Below are positions 38,822 to 48,972 of a DNA stretch of 64,000 nt, piece by piece. The notes below the pieces were generated by a model. The model did no database searches, was not told where the DNA came from, and was given only the letters and a program-made list of their open reading frames with translations. Source of the DNA: a bacterium. GTDB taxonomy: Bacteria > Actinomycetota > Acidimicrobiia > Spongiisociales > JAHEDJ01. The stretch spans positions 74,365-138,364 of the forward strand of contig JAHEDJ010000002.1 of the NCBI GenBank assembly GCA_024641325.1, written 5' to 3'. How positions within the stretch are numbered: position 1 is the first letter of the stretch; each line of letters opens with the position of its first letter. The position numbers were made by a program, and so were the translations under genes.

Positions 38822-39606
38822 TGCTGCTCTTCCGATCCGGCCTTGCCGAGGTAGGCGGCTATGACCTGAGGGTCGGCTGCGACCTCGTCGTAGCTGCCTT
38901 CCGCGATCTTTTTTCCGTAGTCGAGAGCGACGACTCGATCAGACACTCCCTTGATGACGGGCATGTCGTGCTCGATGAGAACGATCGCGTATCCCTTCTC
39001 ATCCCTGAGCCGGCCGATCAACTCGATCAACCCTTCCTTCTCTGCCGGGTTCATGCCGGCAGCCGGTTCGTCGAGGAGAAGGAGTTGCGGTTCGGTAGCC
39101 ATTGCCCGTGCGATTTCGAGGCGCCGGCGGTCGGCGTAGGCGAGTTCGGAGGCGAGGGAGTTGATCCGCGGAGTCAACCGCTCACCGAAGAAGGACAGAG
39201 ACTCGATGGCGGAAGTGTGAACCTTCTGTTCTTCATTCACTGTACGGCGGGTGTTGAACAGCGCTCCATAGATACCGGCCTTGGTTCGGGTGTGCTGGCC
39301 GACCATCGCATTCTCGAGGACGGTCATAGCCGCAAAGAGGCGTACCGATTGGAATGTGCGAGAGATGCCGACCCTGGTGATCTGGTTCGGCTTGAGTCCG
39401 ACGAGGTTATGTCCATCGAAGTTGATCTTGCCTGCATCCGGCGAATAGAAGCCGGTGACGATGTTGAACAGCGTTGTCTTACCGGCGCCATTGGGTCCAA
39501 TAACTCCGACGATCTCGCCGGGATCCGCGAAGAAATCGACGCTATCAACTGCCTGCACGCCCCCAAAACGCTTTGAAACGCCCTCGAGCTCGAGGAGGTG
39601 GCTCAT
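38818..39606 (-). CDS. livG: Branched-chain amino-acid ABC transporter ATP-binding protein, LivG-like.
   Basis: Has GPNGAGKTTLFN and the LIEHDM signature at 262 aa. Confidence 0.9.
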   Translation of the reverse strand: MSHLLELEGVSKRFGGVQAVDSVDFFADPGEIVGVIGPNGAGKTTLFNIVTGFYSPDAGKINFDGHNLVGLKPNQITRVGISRTFQSVRLFAAMTVLENAMVGQHTRTKAGIYGALFNTRRTVNEEQKVHTSAIESLSFFGERLTPRINSLASELAYADRRRLEIARAMATEPQLLLLDEPAAGMNPAEKEGLIELIGRLRDEKGYAIVLIEHDMPVIKGVSDRVVALDYGKKIAEGSYDEVAADPQVIAAYLGKAGSEEQQ

Positions 39607-41300
39607 GATGGCCCCTCTTTCGTGAGGTCCACGGCGGCGAGATCTTGCCCTTCGTGAAGCTCGCGCTGACGGCGCTTGTTCGGCAAGAGGCCTTCCGGCC
39701 GGAAGATCATGATTGCGATGAGGATGGCACCGTAGATCAGCAGGCGGAACTCACCGAACTCGCGCAGCAGTTCGGGCAATCCGACCAGGGCGGCGGCACC
39801 GACGATGACGCCCGGAATCGATCCGATCCCGCCGAGAATGATGACTGCCAGCACGTTAATCGATACCTGGAGCCCGAAGCTGTTGGGGAAGATCGAACCG
39901 ATCTTGGCCGCGAAGAAGACTCCACCCAGACTGCCAACGCCCGCACCCATGGCGAAAGCGAGGAGCTTGTAGCGAACCACACTGATTCCCATCGCCTCGG
40001 CTACGTCTTCGTCCTCACGCATGGCTGCCCAGGCACGCCCAACGCGTGAATCGACGAGCCGGTAGGAGATGTAGGCCGCGATGAGGCTGAAGGCGAGGAT
40101 CAGGTAGTAAATGTGCTGTGGGTTGCGCAGATCGAATGAACTGGGCGGCGCCGCCGGGACTCTGGTCAGACCTTGCGCTCCACCGAGATAGGGAGACAGC
40201 CAATCGGATAGAACCAGCGTCCGAATGATTTCACCGAAACCAAGTGTCACGATCGCCAGATAGTCGCCGCGCAGCCGGAGAACAGGGGCGCCGATGGCCG
40301 CGCCGATCACCACGGCGATGATGACAACGAACGGAAGCGCAACCCAGAGGTTCGTGAAGCCGGCCTCAGCGAACTGTTGCCCTTCCTCGGTTACCAGGAA
40401 AGAGGCAGGCGACGTGAAGATTGCCGCGGCGTAGGCGCCGACTGCGAAGAACGCAACATAGCCAAGGTCGAGGAGTCCGGCATAGCCGACGACGATGTTG
40501 AGGCCCAGACCGAGCAACACATAGAGACCGACGGTTCCGAGCACATCACTGACAAACGGTCCAACGATCCAGGGGAGAGCGACCAGAGCCACGATGGCGG
40601 CCATCAACGATGCCCGACCCCAAGTGCGACGGGTTGCCTCCGGCATCTGGGCGGCGGCCTCCCGGCGCGTATCAGCGCGGCTCATCCACCACCAACGAAG
40701 GCCGAACGCAAGGGCGAGGACGATGATTGTTCCGGCGATCGTGAGGCCGCCGAGTTCGTAGAGCCAACCGGTCGGAATCTGCAGGTTGCCGAGGGTGACT
40801 CGCAGAATGGGTTCGCCGAGGCTCATGAGCAGTGTGATGCCGATCGCGAATACCACCGCCGACCGGAGGTGGTATTCGAGTCCTACCAGGACGCCGGAAA
40901 CGGCCCCAACTGCAGTCGACGCGACGACCATCATGAAGGCACCGACAACCGGATTGAGGCCGAACTCGAGGGTCTCCAACAACCCGGGAGTGATACTGAC
41001 AAACATGCCGCGCACGTCGAGCCCGGCGTTGATCAAACCTTCAAACCCCATGGTCACGATTGCGACGAAGGCACCGGAGATGAAGCCGACGGCGACGCCG
41101 GTCAGGAGTGATGAATCACTCTTGCGAGCGGCCGTGTAGGAGGTGATCGCAAAGGCAACCAGCATCAGGACGACGCCGAGCCCGACTAAACCGGTGATGA
41201 CGTTGCGGTCCTGGAAACGTTCGACCATGCCGATCGCAGACAGGTAGACGACGACGATACCGCCGACAAAACCGGGTTTGAGTGCGGATCGCAAATTCAT
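39603..41300 (-). CDS. livM: Branched-chain amino-acid ABC permease, LivM-like, with an extended N-terminal transmembrane domain.
   Basis: A polytopic 565-aa protein in operon position. Confidence 0.8.
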   Translation of the reverse strand: MNLRSALKPGFVGGIVVVYLSAIGMVERFQDRNVITGLVGLGVVLMLVAFAITSYTAARKSDSSLLTGVAVGFISGAFVAIVTMGFEGLINAGLDVRGMFVSITPGLLETLEFGLNPVVGAFMMVVASTAVGAVSGVLVGLEYHLRSAVVFAIGITLLMSLGEPILRVTLGNLQIPTGWLYELGGLTIAGTIIVLALAFGLRWWWMSRADTRREAAAQMPEATRRTWGRASLMAAIVALVALPWIVGPFVSDVLGTVGLYVLLGLGLNIVVGYAGLLDLGYVAFFAVGAYAAAIFTSPASFLVTEEGQQFAEAGFTNLWVALPFVVIIAVVIGAAIGAPVLRLRGDYLAIVTLGFGEIIRTLVLSDWLSPYLGGAQGLTRVPAAPPSSFDLRNPQHIYYLILAFSLIAAYISYRLVDSRVGRAWAAMREDEDVAEAMGISVVRYKLLAFAMGAGVGSLGGVFFAAKIGSIFPNSFGLQVSINVLAVIILGGIGSIPGVIVGAAALVGLPELLREFGEFRLLIYGAILIAIMIFRPEGLLPNKRRQRELHEGQDLAAVDLTKEGPS

Positions 41301-42391
41301 GCGCGCTTCTCCTCGGATGCTCCGAGGAAGCCGCCGGGCAGGAAGATCAATACGAGTACGAGGATTCCGAAGGCGATGACCGGCTGAAGTTGGTTCGGTG
41401 AGGGGACCTCGGCGCCGGTGAGGAAGAGGTTCGGCCCTACCGCCTCGAGAATTCCGAGGATCAGGCCGCCCATGGCCGCTCCGGTGATGCTTCCGATACC
41501 GCCCAGCACCGCTGCAGTGAAGGCCTTGATACCCGGCAGAAAGCCCATGGTGAAAATCACTTGATTGAAGAGGAAAACGTAGAGGATGCCTGCCGCCCCG
41601 GCCAGCGCACCTCCGATCGCGAAGGTAGCAACGATTGTCCGGTCGACGTTGATGCCCATCAGGGAAGCAATCTCACGATCTTCGCCGACTGCCCGCATCG
41701 ACCGACCGGTCTTGGTTCGTGCCACGAAGAGGTAGAGCAGGAACCAGAGGAACAGGGCGGCCACGATGACTATTGCCTGTGTCTTGAGCATCTGGATGCC
41801 AAAGATCGTCCACTTGCCCTGGAGGATCTCAATCGTGGGGTATGCACGGACGTTGGCGCCGTAGAAACCGCGGAAGGTGTATTGCAGGAAGAACGAGGCG
41901 CCGATGGCCGTGATGAGCGGCACGAGGCGCGGTGCGCCGCGGAGCGGCCGATAGGCGAGTCGCTCGAGAAGCACGGCGATGAAGACTGAGACGGCCATCG
42001 AGACCAGCAGCAAGATGGCAATCGACAACAGGGGGTTGGAGTTCAGAAAGCCGTTGCCCGCAAAGGCGACTGCTACGAAATACGCCGTGTAGACGCCGGC
42101 CATGAACACTTCGCCGTGTGCGAAGTTGATCATGAAGAGGATGCCGTAGACGAGGGTGTACCCGATGGCGATCAGGGCATAGACGCTGCCGCGGGCTAGG
42201 CCGTTGATGAACAGCGACTGCCAGTCTTCTGCAGTGAAGACCCCGGTTCGAAGAGTTGCGGTGCTTCCGGCCACCACCCCATAGATGATCGACACGCTCA
42301 GGACGATCAGGATTATCCGACGCATCGGGATGCGTTCGAATCGAAGCCTGCGGCTCGACTGTTCGGCGGGGGCGGGGGCGGGGGCGCTCAT
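41297..42391 (-). CDS. livH: Branched-chain amino-acid ABC permease, LivH-like.
   Basis: A polytopic permease. ATG 42391 (MSAPAPAPAE...) is preferred over the track start at 42445, because 42445 falls inside the upstream stem-loop region. Confidence 0.8.
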   Translation of the reverse strand: MSAPAPAPAEQSSRRLRFERIPMRRIILIVLSVSIIYGVVAGSTATLRTGVFTAEDWQSLFINGLARGSVYALIAIGYTLVYGILFMINFAHGEVFMAGVYTAYFVAVAFAGNGFLNSNPLLSIAILLLVSMAVSVFIAVLLERLAYRPLRGAPRLVPLITAIGASFFLQYTFRGFYGANVRAYPTIEILQGKWTIFGIQMLKTQAIVIVAALFLWFLLYLFVARTKTGRSMRAVGEDREIASLMGINVDRTIVATFAIGGALAGAAGILYVFLFNQVIFTMGFLPGIKAFTAAVLGGIGSITGAAMGGLILGILEAVGPNLFLTGAEVPSPNQLQPVIAFGILVLVLIFLPGGFLGASEEKRA

Positions 42392-42408
42392 GTGTTTCTG
42401 TGTGTGAG

Positions 42409-42438
42409 GAGGGGGGAAGCTGAGCAGCTTCCCCCCTC
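42409..42438. promoter_or_regulatory. Intercistronic perfect palindrome GAGGGGGGAAGC-TGAGCA-GCTTCCCCCCTC between the binding-protein gene and livH.
   Basis: A 12-bp perfect GC stem with a 6-nt loop read directly. It lies 18 nt upstream of the livH ATG on the mRNA strand and is a likely attenuator or partial terminator that sets binding-protein to permease stoichiometry. Confidence 0.6.
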
Positions 42439-42451
42439 TGGTCACATCGTC

Positions 42452-43780
42452 TTAGCTATCGAGGCTCGCGACTTCGCTGTAGACCGGGTTGGCGCTGTCG
42501 TAGTTACCGCCAACGACCTGGTACACGGCGATGGTGGCAGTCGACTGACAGTCACCGAGGTCGTTGCAGTTCAGCGTGCCGGTGATGCCCTGAACGCCGG
42601 ACGTGGCGAACAGTGCGTCCTTCAGCGCCGTCCTCGGGATGAACAGCGTCCCATCCTCGTCGATCGCTACCTCTTTGATGGCATCGAAGAGCATGTTGGC
42701 TGCGTCGTAGGAATGCGCGTGGAAGGCCGCGGCCGGCTCACCGCCCCACAACTCCTGGTAGGCGGTCTTGAACTCGCCCTCGTAGAAGTCCTGGTCGCCG
42801 GTGAAGGCAGACAGGTCCGGTCCCGACAGGTAGACGCCTTCAACAGCCTCGCCTGCGGCTGCGACGTAGTCGGCCGACAGCATGCCGTCGGATCCGATCA
42901 GTGTCGTGTCGGCCAGGCCGTCGGTCTGACGTGCCTGCTGTGTGATCAGGCCACCTTCGGCAGCGAAGATCGGGAAGTAGAGCACGTCCGGGCTGTCTGC
43001 GCCGATGGAAGTCAGCACCGACGTGAAGTCGGTCTCTTGGACCTGGATGGCTTCACGGACGGTGATCGTGCCGCCGAGGGACTCAAACGTGTCTGCAAAC
43101 ACGGCCTGGAGGCCGTCTGCGTAAGGGCTGCCATCGTGGATGGTTGCTGCGGTGCGGGCTCCGAGTTCGTTGTAGGCGAACTTGGCAACCGCGGCACCCT
43201 GCAACTTGTCGTTGTGGGCGGTACGCAGATAGAAGGCCTGGTGTTCCTCGGGCGTTGTCAGCGCCGGACCGGTGTTGGACGGCGAGATGATCGCGATGCC
43301 CTTGTCGCTGAGGATTGTGTCGGCAACGCCGAGCGCGGCGCTCGAACAACTCGTACCGATGACACCAACGGTACTGGGGTCTGCGGCGAGCGCCTGAGCG
43401 CCTGCCTGGCCGCCTTCGGCCGAGCAGCCATCATCTTGATGGTTGAAAGCGATCGCGTGGCCGAGGAGTTCGCCGTTGGTTCCGTCGAATGTTCCGTCGA
43501 GGTGATCTGCTGCCATGACGACGCCGTTCTGGCTGTCCTGGCCGAGGCTGGCGTTAGGGCCGGAAATGACGAGCAGTGTGCCGATCGTGATGGCCTCACC
43601 GTCTCCCACCTCCACGCAGCCGAATGGGTCGGCATCGCAAGCTGCTGCAGCTCCGCCGTCGCCACCGTCTCCGGTGTCGGCCGTGGTCGTGTCCGTGCTG
43701 TCGCCGCCGCAAGCGGCGACTATGAGCGCGAAAACCATGAGCAGCAGAACGAGCTTCCCTAAGGATGAGTAGTTCCGCAT
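42452..43780 (-). CDS. Branched-chain amino-acid ABC transporter substrate-binding lipoprotein, LivJ/K-like.
   Basis: Has a signal peptide with lipobox IVAAC-GG and the type-I periplasmic-binding fold at 442 aa. Confidence 0.85.
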   Translation of the reverse strand: MRNYSSLGKLVLLLMVFALIVAACGGDSTDTTTADTGDGGDGGAAAACDADPFGCVEVGDGEAITIGTLLVISGPNASLGQDSQNGVVMAADHLDGTFDGTNGELLGHAIAFNHQDDGCSAEGGQAGAQALAADPSTVGVIGTSCSSAALGVADTILSDKGIAIISPSNTGPALTTPEEHQAFYLRTAHNDKLQGAAVAKFAYNELGARTAATIHDGSPYADGLQAVFADTFESLGGTITVREAIQVQETDFTSVLTSIGADSPDVLYFPIFAAEGGLITQQARQTDGLADTTLIGSDGMLSADYVAAAGEAVEGVYLSGPDLSAFTGDQDFYEGEFKTAYQELWGGEPAAAFHAHSYDAANMLFDAIKEVAIDEDGTLFIPRTALKDALFATSGVQGITGTLNCNDLGDCQSTATIAVYQVVGGNYDSANPVYSEVASLDS

Positions 43781-43955
43781 TTAGTTTCCTCCTTGAGTAC
43801 CGACGAGCGGTACCGTTTCTTCCCTTTGAACCTGCCGAAGGCAGGATGTGAGGGGGAAGTTTAGGCACGTTGCAGCAAGGGTGACGGAGGGATCGGCCAA
43901 TCAGTGAGATTTCTTGGGCTTGCTGTACTCTGTCTCGACCGACCTAAGGAGTGTC

Positions 43956-44666
43956 GTGACCGAAGAGATAGCCGCTGTGGACGCCTATCAGCGTTCCGTA
44001 AGCGCCGTCGTCTTGGGTGTCGACGAGGGTGGTGTGGTTCTCGACCGCACTGTGTTCTACCCGCGCGGCGGCGGACAGCCGGGTGACACCGGATTCCTGC
44101 GCGTGGGTGGAACCGAAGTGCGCGTAATCGACACCTTCAAACGGGGCGGAGAGCTCTGGCATCGGATCGATGGAGGGAACCTCGAGGCGGGTATGAGCGT
44201 TGTGGCGGTGATCGACTGGGAACGGCGGCACATTCTGATGAGAACCCACACGGCGCTGCATGCGCTATCGGCGGTCATCTGGAGAGACTTCGATGCCAAG
44301 GTGACGGGCGGGAACATGGAGCCGGGTTCGGCCCGAATGGATTTCGAGCTCGATTCGATATCGGTGGACTTCGGCCGAGAAGTTGAGCGGGTCCTCAATG
44401 AGGAGCTCGCCGGGGATCTCCCGGTGTTCGTGCACTTCCTTGCCAGAGAAGAAGCGCTTGCCGACCCGGATCTAATCCGAACGAAGGTGAACTTGCTGCC
44501 TGAGTTCCTCGATCCCATTCGCGTCATCGAGATCCAGGGCCTCGACAAGCAGGCCGACGGCGGGACTCATGTTCGATCGACCGCCGAGGTCGGCCGAGTT
44601 TCGGTGACCAAGACGGAGAGCAAGGGCAAGGCAAACAAGCGAATCCGGATCGAGCTGGCCGGCTGA
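43956..44666 (+). CDS. AlaX-like alanyl-tRNA editing domain protein (Ser-tRNA(Ala) deacylase family).
   Basis: Has the HTALHAL (HxxxH) and DGGTHV zinc-binding motifs of the AlaRS editing domain. The start is taken at GTG 43956, which has AAGGAG 4 nt upstream. Confidence 0.7.
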   Translation: MTEEIAAVDAYQRSVSAVVLGVDEGGVVLDRTVFYPRGGGQPGDTGFLRVGGTEVRVIDTFKRGGELWHRIDGGNLEAGMSVVAVIDWERRHILMRTHTALHALSAVIWRDFDAKVTGGNMEPGSARMDFELDSISVDFGREVERVLNEELAGDLPVFVHFLAREEALADPDLIRTKVNLLPEFLDPIRVIEIQGLDKQADGGTHVRSTAEVGRVSVTKTESKGKANKRIRIELAG

Positions 44667-45635
44667 ATGCTCGATTTCATTCTCGGCCTCTACTTCGCCG
44701 GATTGTTCGTTCGAGGTTGGCTCCGTGGCTTCGTCAAGGAAGCTCTCGACCTTGCAGGGATGCTCATCGGCCTGGCGCTCGCCTTTCGATTGAGTGGACC
44801 GGCGGGCTCGGCCGTTGAGGCAATAACGGGGGTGAGCGACCCGACCGCCCCGCTGCTGGGAGGCGTCATCATCTTCCTGGTGGTCGGTCTGGGTGTCACC
44901 ATCGCCGCCCACTTCTTGAACAAGGTGGCCAGGTTGCCGGGTCTCAATCTGAGCAACCGGTTGTTCGGCGGGGTGATGGCTTTGAGTTGGGCGCTGTTTC
45001 TCGCCACGCTGATCTTGTCGCTGGTTCGGGTACTGCCCCTTTCGGAGTCGATGCAAGATTCAATCGAGGGATCTGCCGTTGCCTCGACTCTCACCGACCC
45101 AGGTTTCGTTACGCACCAGGCGTTTTCTGCCATCTCCGGTGATGACATCATCTCGAATCTCTTGAGCCTTCAGGAAGTACTTGGCGAGAGATCGGTCATC
45201 TTGGATGAGGATGATCGGATCGAGTTCGAGGCGGTTCCGGTCGACGAACTGGAGGAGGCGCCGGATGCCGCGCAGGAGATTTTCGAGATGTTGAACCTCG
45301 CCAGAATCGAGGAAGATCAGGCTCCGTTAGCCTTCTCCGATGGCCTGGCGAGTGTTGCCCTCGGCCATGCTCGGGCTATGTATGCCCAGGGCTATTTCTC
45401 TCATGTATCTCCTGCGACCGGGAGCGTTGCCGACCGGGTCGACGCTGCCCAGATCCCGTACAGACTCGTTGGTGAGAATCTCGCCCTGGCCGTTACGCCG
45501 TCTCAGGTACACGACGGTTTGATGAACAGCCCCGGCCATCGTGAGAACATTCTCCGACCGGAGTTCCGCCGGGTCGGGATCGCGGCGATCAAGGGACCAT
45601 TGGGGTATATGGTTGTTCAGGTCTTCAGCGGGTAG
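44667..45635 (+). CDS. Fusion of an N-terminal CvpA-like membrane domain and a C-terminal CAP/SCP (PR-1-like) domain.
   Basis: Four N-terminal transmembrane segments (CvpA-like) are followed by CAP motifs GHARAMYAQGYFSHVSP, GENLA and HDGLMNSPGHRENIL. Confidence 0.65.
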   Translation: MLDFILGLYFAGLFVRGWLRGFVKEALDLAGMLIGLALAFRLSGPAGSAVEAITGVSDPTAPLLGGVIIFLVVGLGVTIAAHFLNKVARLPGLNLSNRLFGGVMALSWALFLATLILSLVRVLPLSESMQDSIEGSAVASTLTDPGFVTHQAFSAISGDDIISNLLSLQEVLGERSVILDEDDRIEFEAVPVDELEEAPDAAQEIFEMLNLARIEEDQAPLAFSDGLASVALGHARAMYAQGYFSHVSPATGSVADRVDAAQIPYRLVGENLALAVTPSQVHDGLMNSPGHRENILRPEFRRVGIAAIKGPLGYMVVQVFSG

Positions 45636-45700
45636 CGCTATTGCGCCACCCGCAGCCCCGTTGGCCGTTAGCCGTAACCCTGATTCGCTACGCTCCTCCC

Positions 45701-46459
45701 ATGCCCCTCTCTGACGTCGCGCAAGCCCTTTTCGTTGAGTTCACTTCTGTGTATAGACCAACGATGGAGGAACGTCTCGGAGCCGGTGGGTTCGTGTTGT
45801 CGACCGAAGTCGACCTGGCGATCAGTAACGGTGAGCAATGGCTACGCAGGCAGTTGGCCGAGCTACTAGAGCAACCTTTCGCGAAGCAGCAGCGGAGTCC
45901 GCTCGAACTCTTCCAGGCCGCGGCCCGCTTTCCGACCGAGGCGCTGAGTGCGGCAGGAGCGCCGCCGGTGATCAGAGATCACGCCGCATCTGCCGCTTTG
46001 CCGGGTGATGTGTACGGACTGGCACCCGCCTCATCGCAGGAACTCACATCCGAAGCCTGGCGAGCTCATCTCGCCTGGGGTGCGAGCAAAGCTCAGGCGA
46101 TGGCCCACCGGGTGCGGCGGCCGCTGGCCGGTGTGTACAGCCGAAATCTGATGGACCGTTCGAGGATCGAGTTGGAACTGCACGCAGCCGGGTTCGACGT
46201 CTTTCTACTTCGAAACCTCGACCTGGTCCGTAAAGCAATGGCGGGAAAGAAGCCGTCTGTTGCCTTCGTTGACCTCGAGAGCCCCGACGTCGACGAGGTC
46301 GTGCTTGTACTTACCGGTGCCGGCATCCGAGTCGTCGCATACGGTCCCCATGTAGACGACCTGGGCCTCCAACGGGCCCTCACTCTTGGTGCGGCCGATG
46401 CGGTGCCGCGGGCACGGTTCTTCGGGCGGGTGCAGGAGTACCTACCCCAGATCGTGTGA
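45701..46459 (+). CDS. Hypothetical protein.
   Basis: An ORF with GC3 bias whose C-terminal third looks faintly receiver-like (SVAFVDLESPDVDEVVLVLTGAG). The start is uncertain, since the track gives 45641. Confidence 0.35.
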   Translation: MPLSDVAQALFVEFTSVYRPTMEERLGAGGFVLSTEVDLAISNGEQWLRRQLAELLEQPFAKQQRSPLELFQAAARFPTEALSAAGAPPVIRDHAASAALPGDVYGLAPASSQELTSEAWRAHLAWGASKAQAMAHRVRRPLAGVYSRNLMDRSRIELELHAAGFDVFLLRNLDLVRKAMAGKKPSVAFVDLESPDVDEVVLVLTGAGIRVVAYGPHVDDLGLQRALTLGAADAVPRARFFGRVQEYLPQIV

Positions 46460-47353
46460 CAGGGCCGGTGGGCGAACCGACCCTTTCCAAGTTACGAACG
46501 CGATGCCGCTGAGGATCAGTGCCACGCCAATTCCCTGCGTCGGAGAGATTGCTTCACCGAGAAGGGTGGTGCCCCAGACGAGTCCAAGCACTGGTTGCAG
46601 GAGGATGAGGAACGATCCGGCGAGCGCAGGCAGGAGAGGAAGAGTCGACCCAATGAGCAGCCAGCCGACTGCCTGCACCATGAACGCCATGAGCAGCAGC
46701 CATCCGTGCGACGGCCAGGAGGGGACGAGGTCGAAGCCGGAGTCGAACATGCCGAGAACGAGTGCCCCGGCGGCGGTTCCGTAGGTTGCATCGAGCAGTG
46801 GCCCGGCAGGCGGTGCTGGTGTCGAGTTCGCGGATCTGAACATCAAGATAAAGCCGGCGTAGGCCATTGCCGCGCCTACTCCGAGAGCGACGCCGAGGCC
46901 GGGCTGCGCCCCGTAGGTGTCGACTCTGCCAAAACCCGAGAGGAAGGCTGCGCCCATCAGTACTGTGGGAAGGGCGATGAACGCCGCCCGGCTCGGTCGA
47001 TCTCGATACACCACAAAGGCTGCAAATGCCACGAATAGCACCTGGAGATTTGCCAGAACCAGGCCGAGCGCCGCACCGATTGCATCGATCGCGGCGTGAA
47101 AAAGCATCAGGTCGACCGACAACATGAGGCCGGCTCCGATGGCCATCGCTCTCTCCCGTGTGGAGCGGCGGTCTCGCGACCGATTGGGGCGCCAAATCAG
47201 AACGAGCATGGGAATCGCGTAGAGAGCCCTGAAGAAAGTCACCGTGTTGGGCGACGCGTCGGACAATTTCACGAGAGTGGACGAGAAGGAGATGAACGCG
47301 ACACCGACCGCGCCGCGCAGGTAGATGCTCGTCGGGGTTCTGTCGGGCGGCAC
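46442..47353 (-). CDS. EamA/DMT-family transporter.
   Basis: Ten transmembrane segments with a duplicated EamA pattern at 303 aa. Confidence 0.7.
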   Translation of the reverse strand: MPPDRTPTSIYLRGAVGVAFISFSSTLVKLSDASPNTVTFFRALYAIPMLVLIWRPNRSRDRRSTRERAMAIGAGLMLSVDLMLFHAAIDAIGAALGLVLANLQVLFVAFAAFVVYRDRPSRAAFIALPTVLMGAAFLSGFGRVDTYGAQPGLGVALGVGAAMAYAGFILMFRSANSTPAPPAGPLLDATYGTAAGALVLGMFDSGFDLVPSWPSHGWLLLMAFMVQAVGWLLIGSTLPLLPALAGSFLILLQPVLGLVWGTTLLGEAISPTQGIGVALILSGIAFVTWKGSVRPPALSHDLG

Positions 47354-47354
47354 G

Positions 47355-48764
47355 TCAGATGGCGGCCGTTAGAGCATCGAGAGAAGACTGGATGGCATCG
47401 CCGAAGTAGCGAAGATCGGGGACAAGATCCCGATCGGCATTTAAACCCCATGTCAGCGTGCCGTCGTAGCTGAATTGCGCCATCCCGAGTCCGTGTTGAG
47501 CCCAAAGGGGTACCAAAGGAATCTGGAGCCTCATCCGAGATCCGAGGAGGAACAGCGGAAACTGTGGTCCCGGAACGTTGGTGATTGTCATATTGAACGG
47601 CCTGATCGTTCCGGCTGCCAGCCTTGCCCCCATCGAAACGAGCGTGCTCGGTGCCCCGGCACTGAGTTGCACGAGCGTAGAGGCTCCGAGCGCCTGGTCG
47701 CTTTCCTTGAGTGCCTTGGTCTCCTGCTGGACTCGCCTCAGGCGCTCGAGCGGGTCCGGCTCGTCGAGGGGGAGCGACATGAGCCACATCGCAACCTGGT
47801 TGCCGAGTTGACCGCGCTGATCGGCAGAGCGAACGCTGACCGGTGCCATGATGCGGTAGTCGATATCATCAACGGGGAAATCCCTGCGTTCGATCAAGTA
47901 CTGCCTGATAGCACCGGTCGCGACGGCCAGAACGGTGTCGTTGACGGTTCCGCCGAGAGCGTTCTTGACTGCCTTGATTTGACCGAGGTCGGTCACCTGC
48001 CAATCGACTCGCCGGTTCGGGCTCATCTGTTGATTGAGGGGAGTTTCCGAAGCCGAGCTGAGCCAGCCAGAACCCAACGATTGTGTCATCGCTCGCAATC
48101 GCCTCCCCGCCTCTCCGGTGAGCCGCTGTGCGTCCTTCGTGAACCGTCCGAGGTCCTTGACCAGGTCGATCGAAGCCCGGAGGCGTCTTCCTGCCTCGCC
48201 GGCAACGAGTTCGGCACCCGAGGGAATGGGGCGCGGCACCCACAACGGCGACTCTTCGATGTCGTCAGAAGGGATGACGTTGAACATCACCGCCATGAGG
48301 TCTACACCTGCGATGCCGTCGATCATGCAGTGGTGGACCTTGGCGACGACGGCGAGCCTATCGTCTTCGAGGCCCTCGATTATCGATAGCTCCCACAGCG
48401 GTTTGGCCCTGTCGAGGTTTCGAGAGGCCATGTGGCCGACCAGTTCTTGCAGTTGTTGGTCTGTACCGGGTTTCGGCAGGCTGGAGTGACGGACGTGGAA
48501 AGACAGATCGAATTCAGGGTCATCTACCCAGACCGGGTGTCTTTCGAACGGAACCCAGGCGAGCTTCTGACGATATCTGGGTACGAATTGCAGCTTCGAT
48601 TCAACGAAGGCACGGATCCGATCAATGGCGATTCCACCGTCGGCGCCGCGCAAGGGTCCCGCTTCGAAGATGCCGATTGCCGCGACGTGCATGTGAAGAT
48701 CGGGTGTCTCGAGAGCCAGAAACGATGTATCCAACGCTGAGAGACGTTCGTAGCCGGCGGCCAT
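47355..48764 (-). CDS. Wax ester synthase/diacylglycerol acyltransferase (WS/DGAT).
   Basis: Has the HHCMIDGIAG (HHxxxDG) catalytic motif at 469 aa. Confidence 0.85.
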   Translation of the reverse strand: MAAGYERLSALDTSFLALETPDLHMHVAAIGIFEAGPLRGADGGIAIDRIRAFVESKLQFVPRYRQKLAWVPFERHPVWVDDPEFDLSFHVRHSSLPKPGTDQQLQELVGHMASRNLDRAKPLWELSIIEGLEDDRLAVVAKVHHCMIDGIAGVDLMAVMFNVIPSDDIEESPLWVPRPIPSGAELVAGEAGRRLRASIDLVKDLGRFTKDAQRLTGEAGRRLRAMTQSLGSGWLSSASETPLNQQMSPNRRVDWQVTDLGQIKAVKNALGGTVNDTVLAVATGAIRQYLIERRDFPVDDIDYRIMAPVSVRSADQRGQLGNQVAMWLMSLPLDEPDPLERLRRVQQETKALKESDQALGASTLVQLSAGAPSTLVSMGARLAAGTIRPFNMTITNVPGPQFPLFLLGSRMRLQIPLVPLWAQHGLGMAQFSYDGTLTWGLNADRDLVPDLRYFGDAIQSSLDALTAAI

Positions 48765-48781
48765 GGAGGTCTTCCTTTCGG

Positions 48782-48854
48782 CGCCCGCGGCAGGAATCGA
48801 ACCTGCGACCTACTGCTTAGGAGGCAGTTGCTCTATCCCCTGAGCTACGCGGGC
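48782..48854 (-). tRNA. tRNA-Arg(CCT): tRNA-Arg (anticodon CCT) without encoded CCA.
   Basis: Manual cloverleaf: acceptor GCCCGCG/CGCGGGC, D-arm GCTC-AGGGGATA-GAGC, anticodon arm ACTGC-CTCCTAA-GCAGT, T-arm GCAGG-TTCGATT-CCTGC. Confidence 0.85.
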
Positions 48855-48972
48855 GGTTGGTTGCAAGCGTACTAGGAGGACCCGCAGTTGACAGCGCCGT
48901 GGATTGGAGAGCCGTTGCTTTGGCGGGTCGGGTAAAGCGAACCGAGACCAACTATCGCGCTTTATATTCTCG

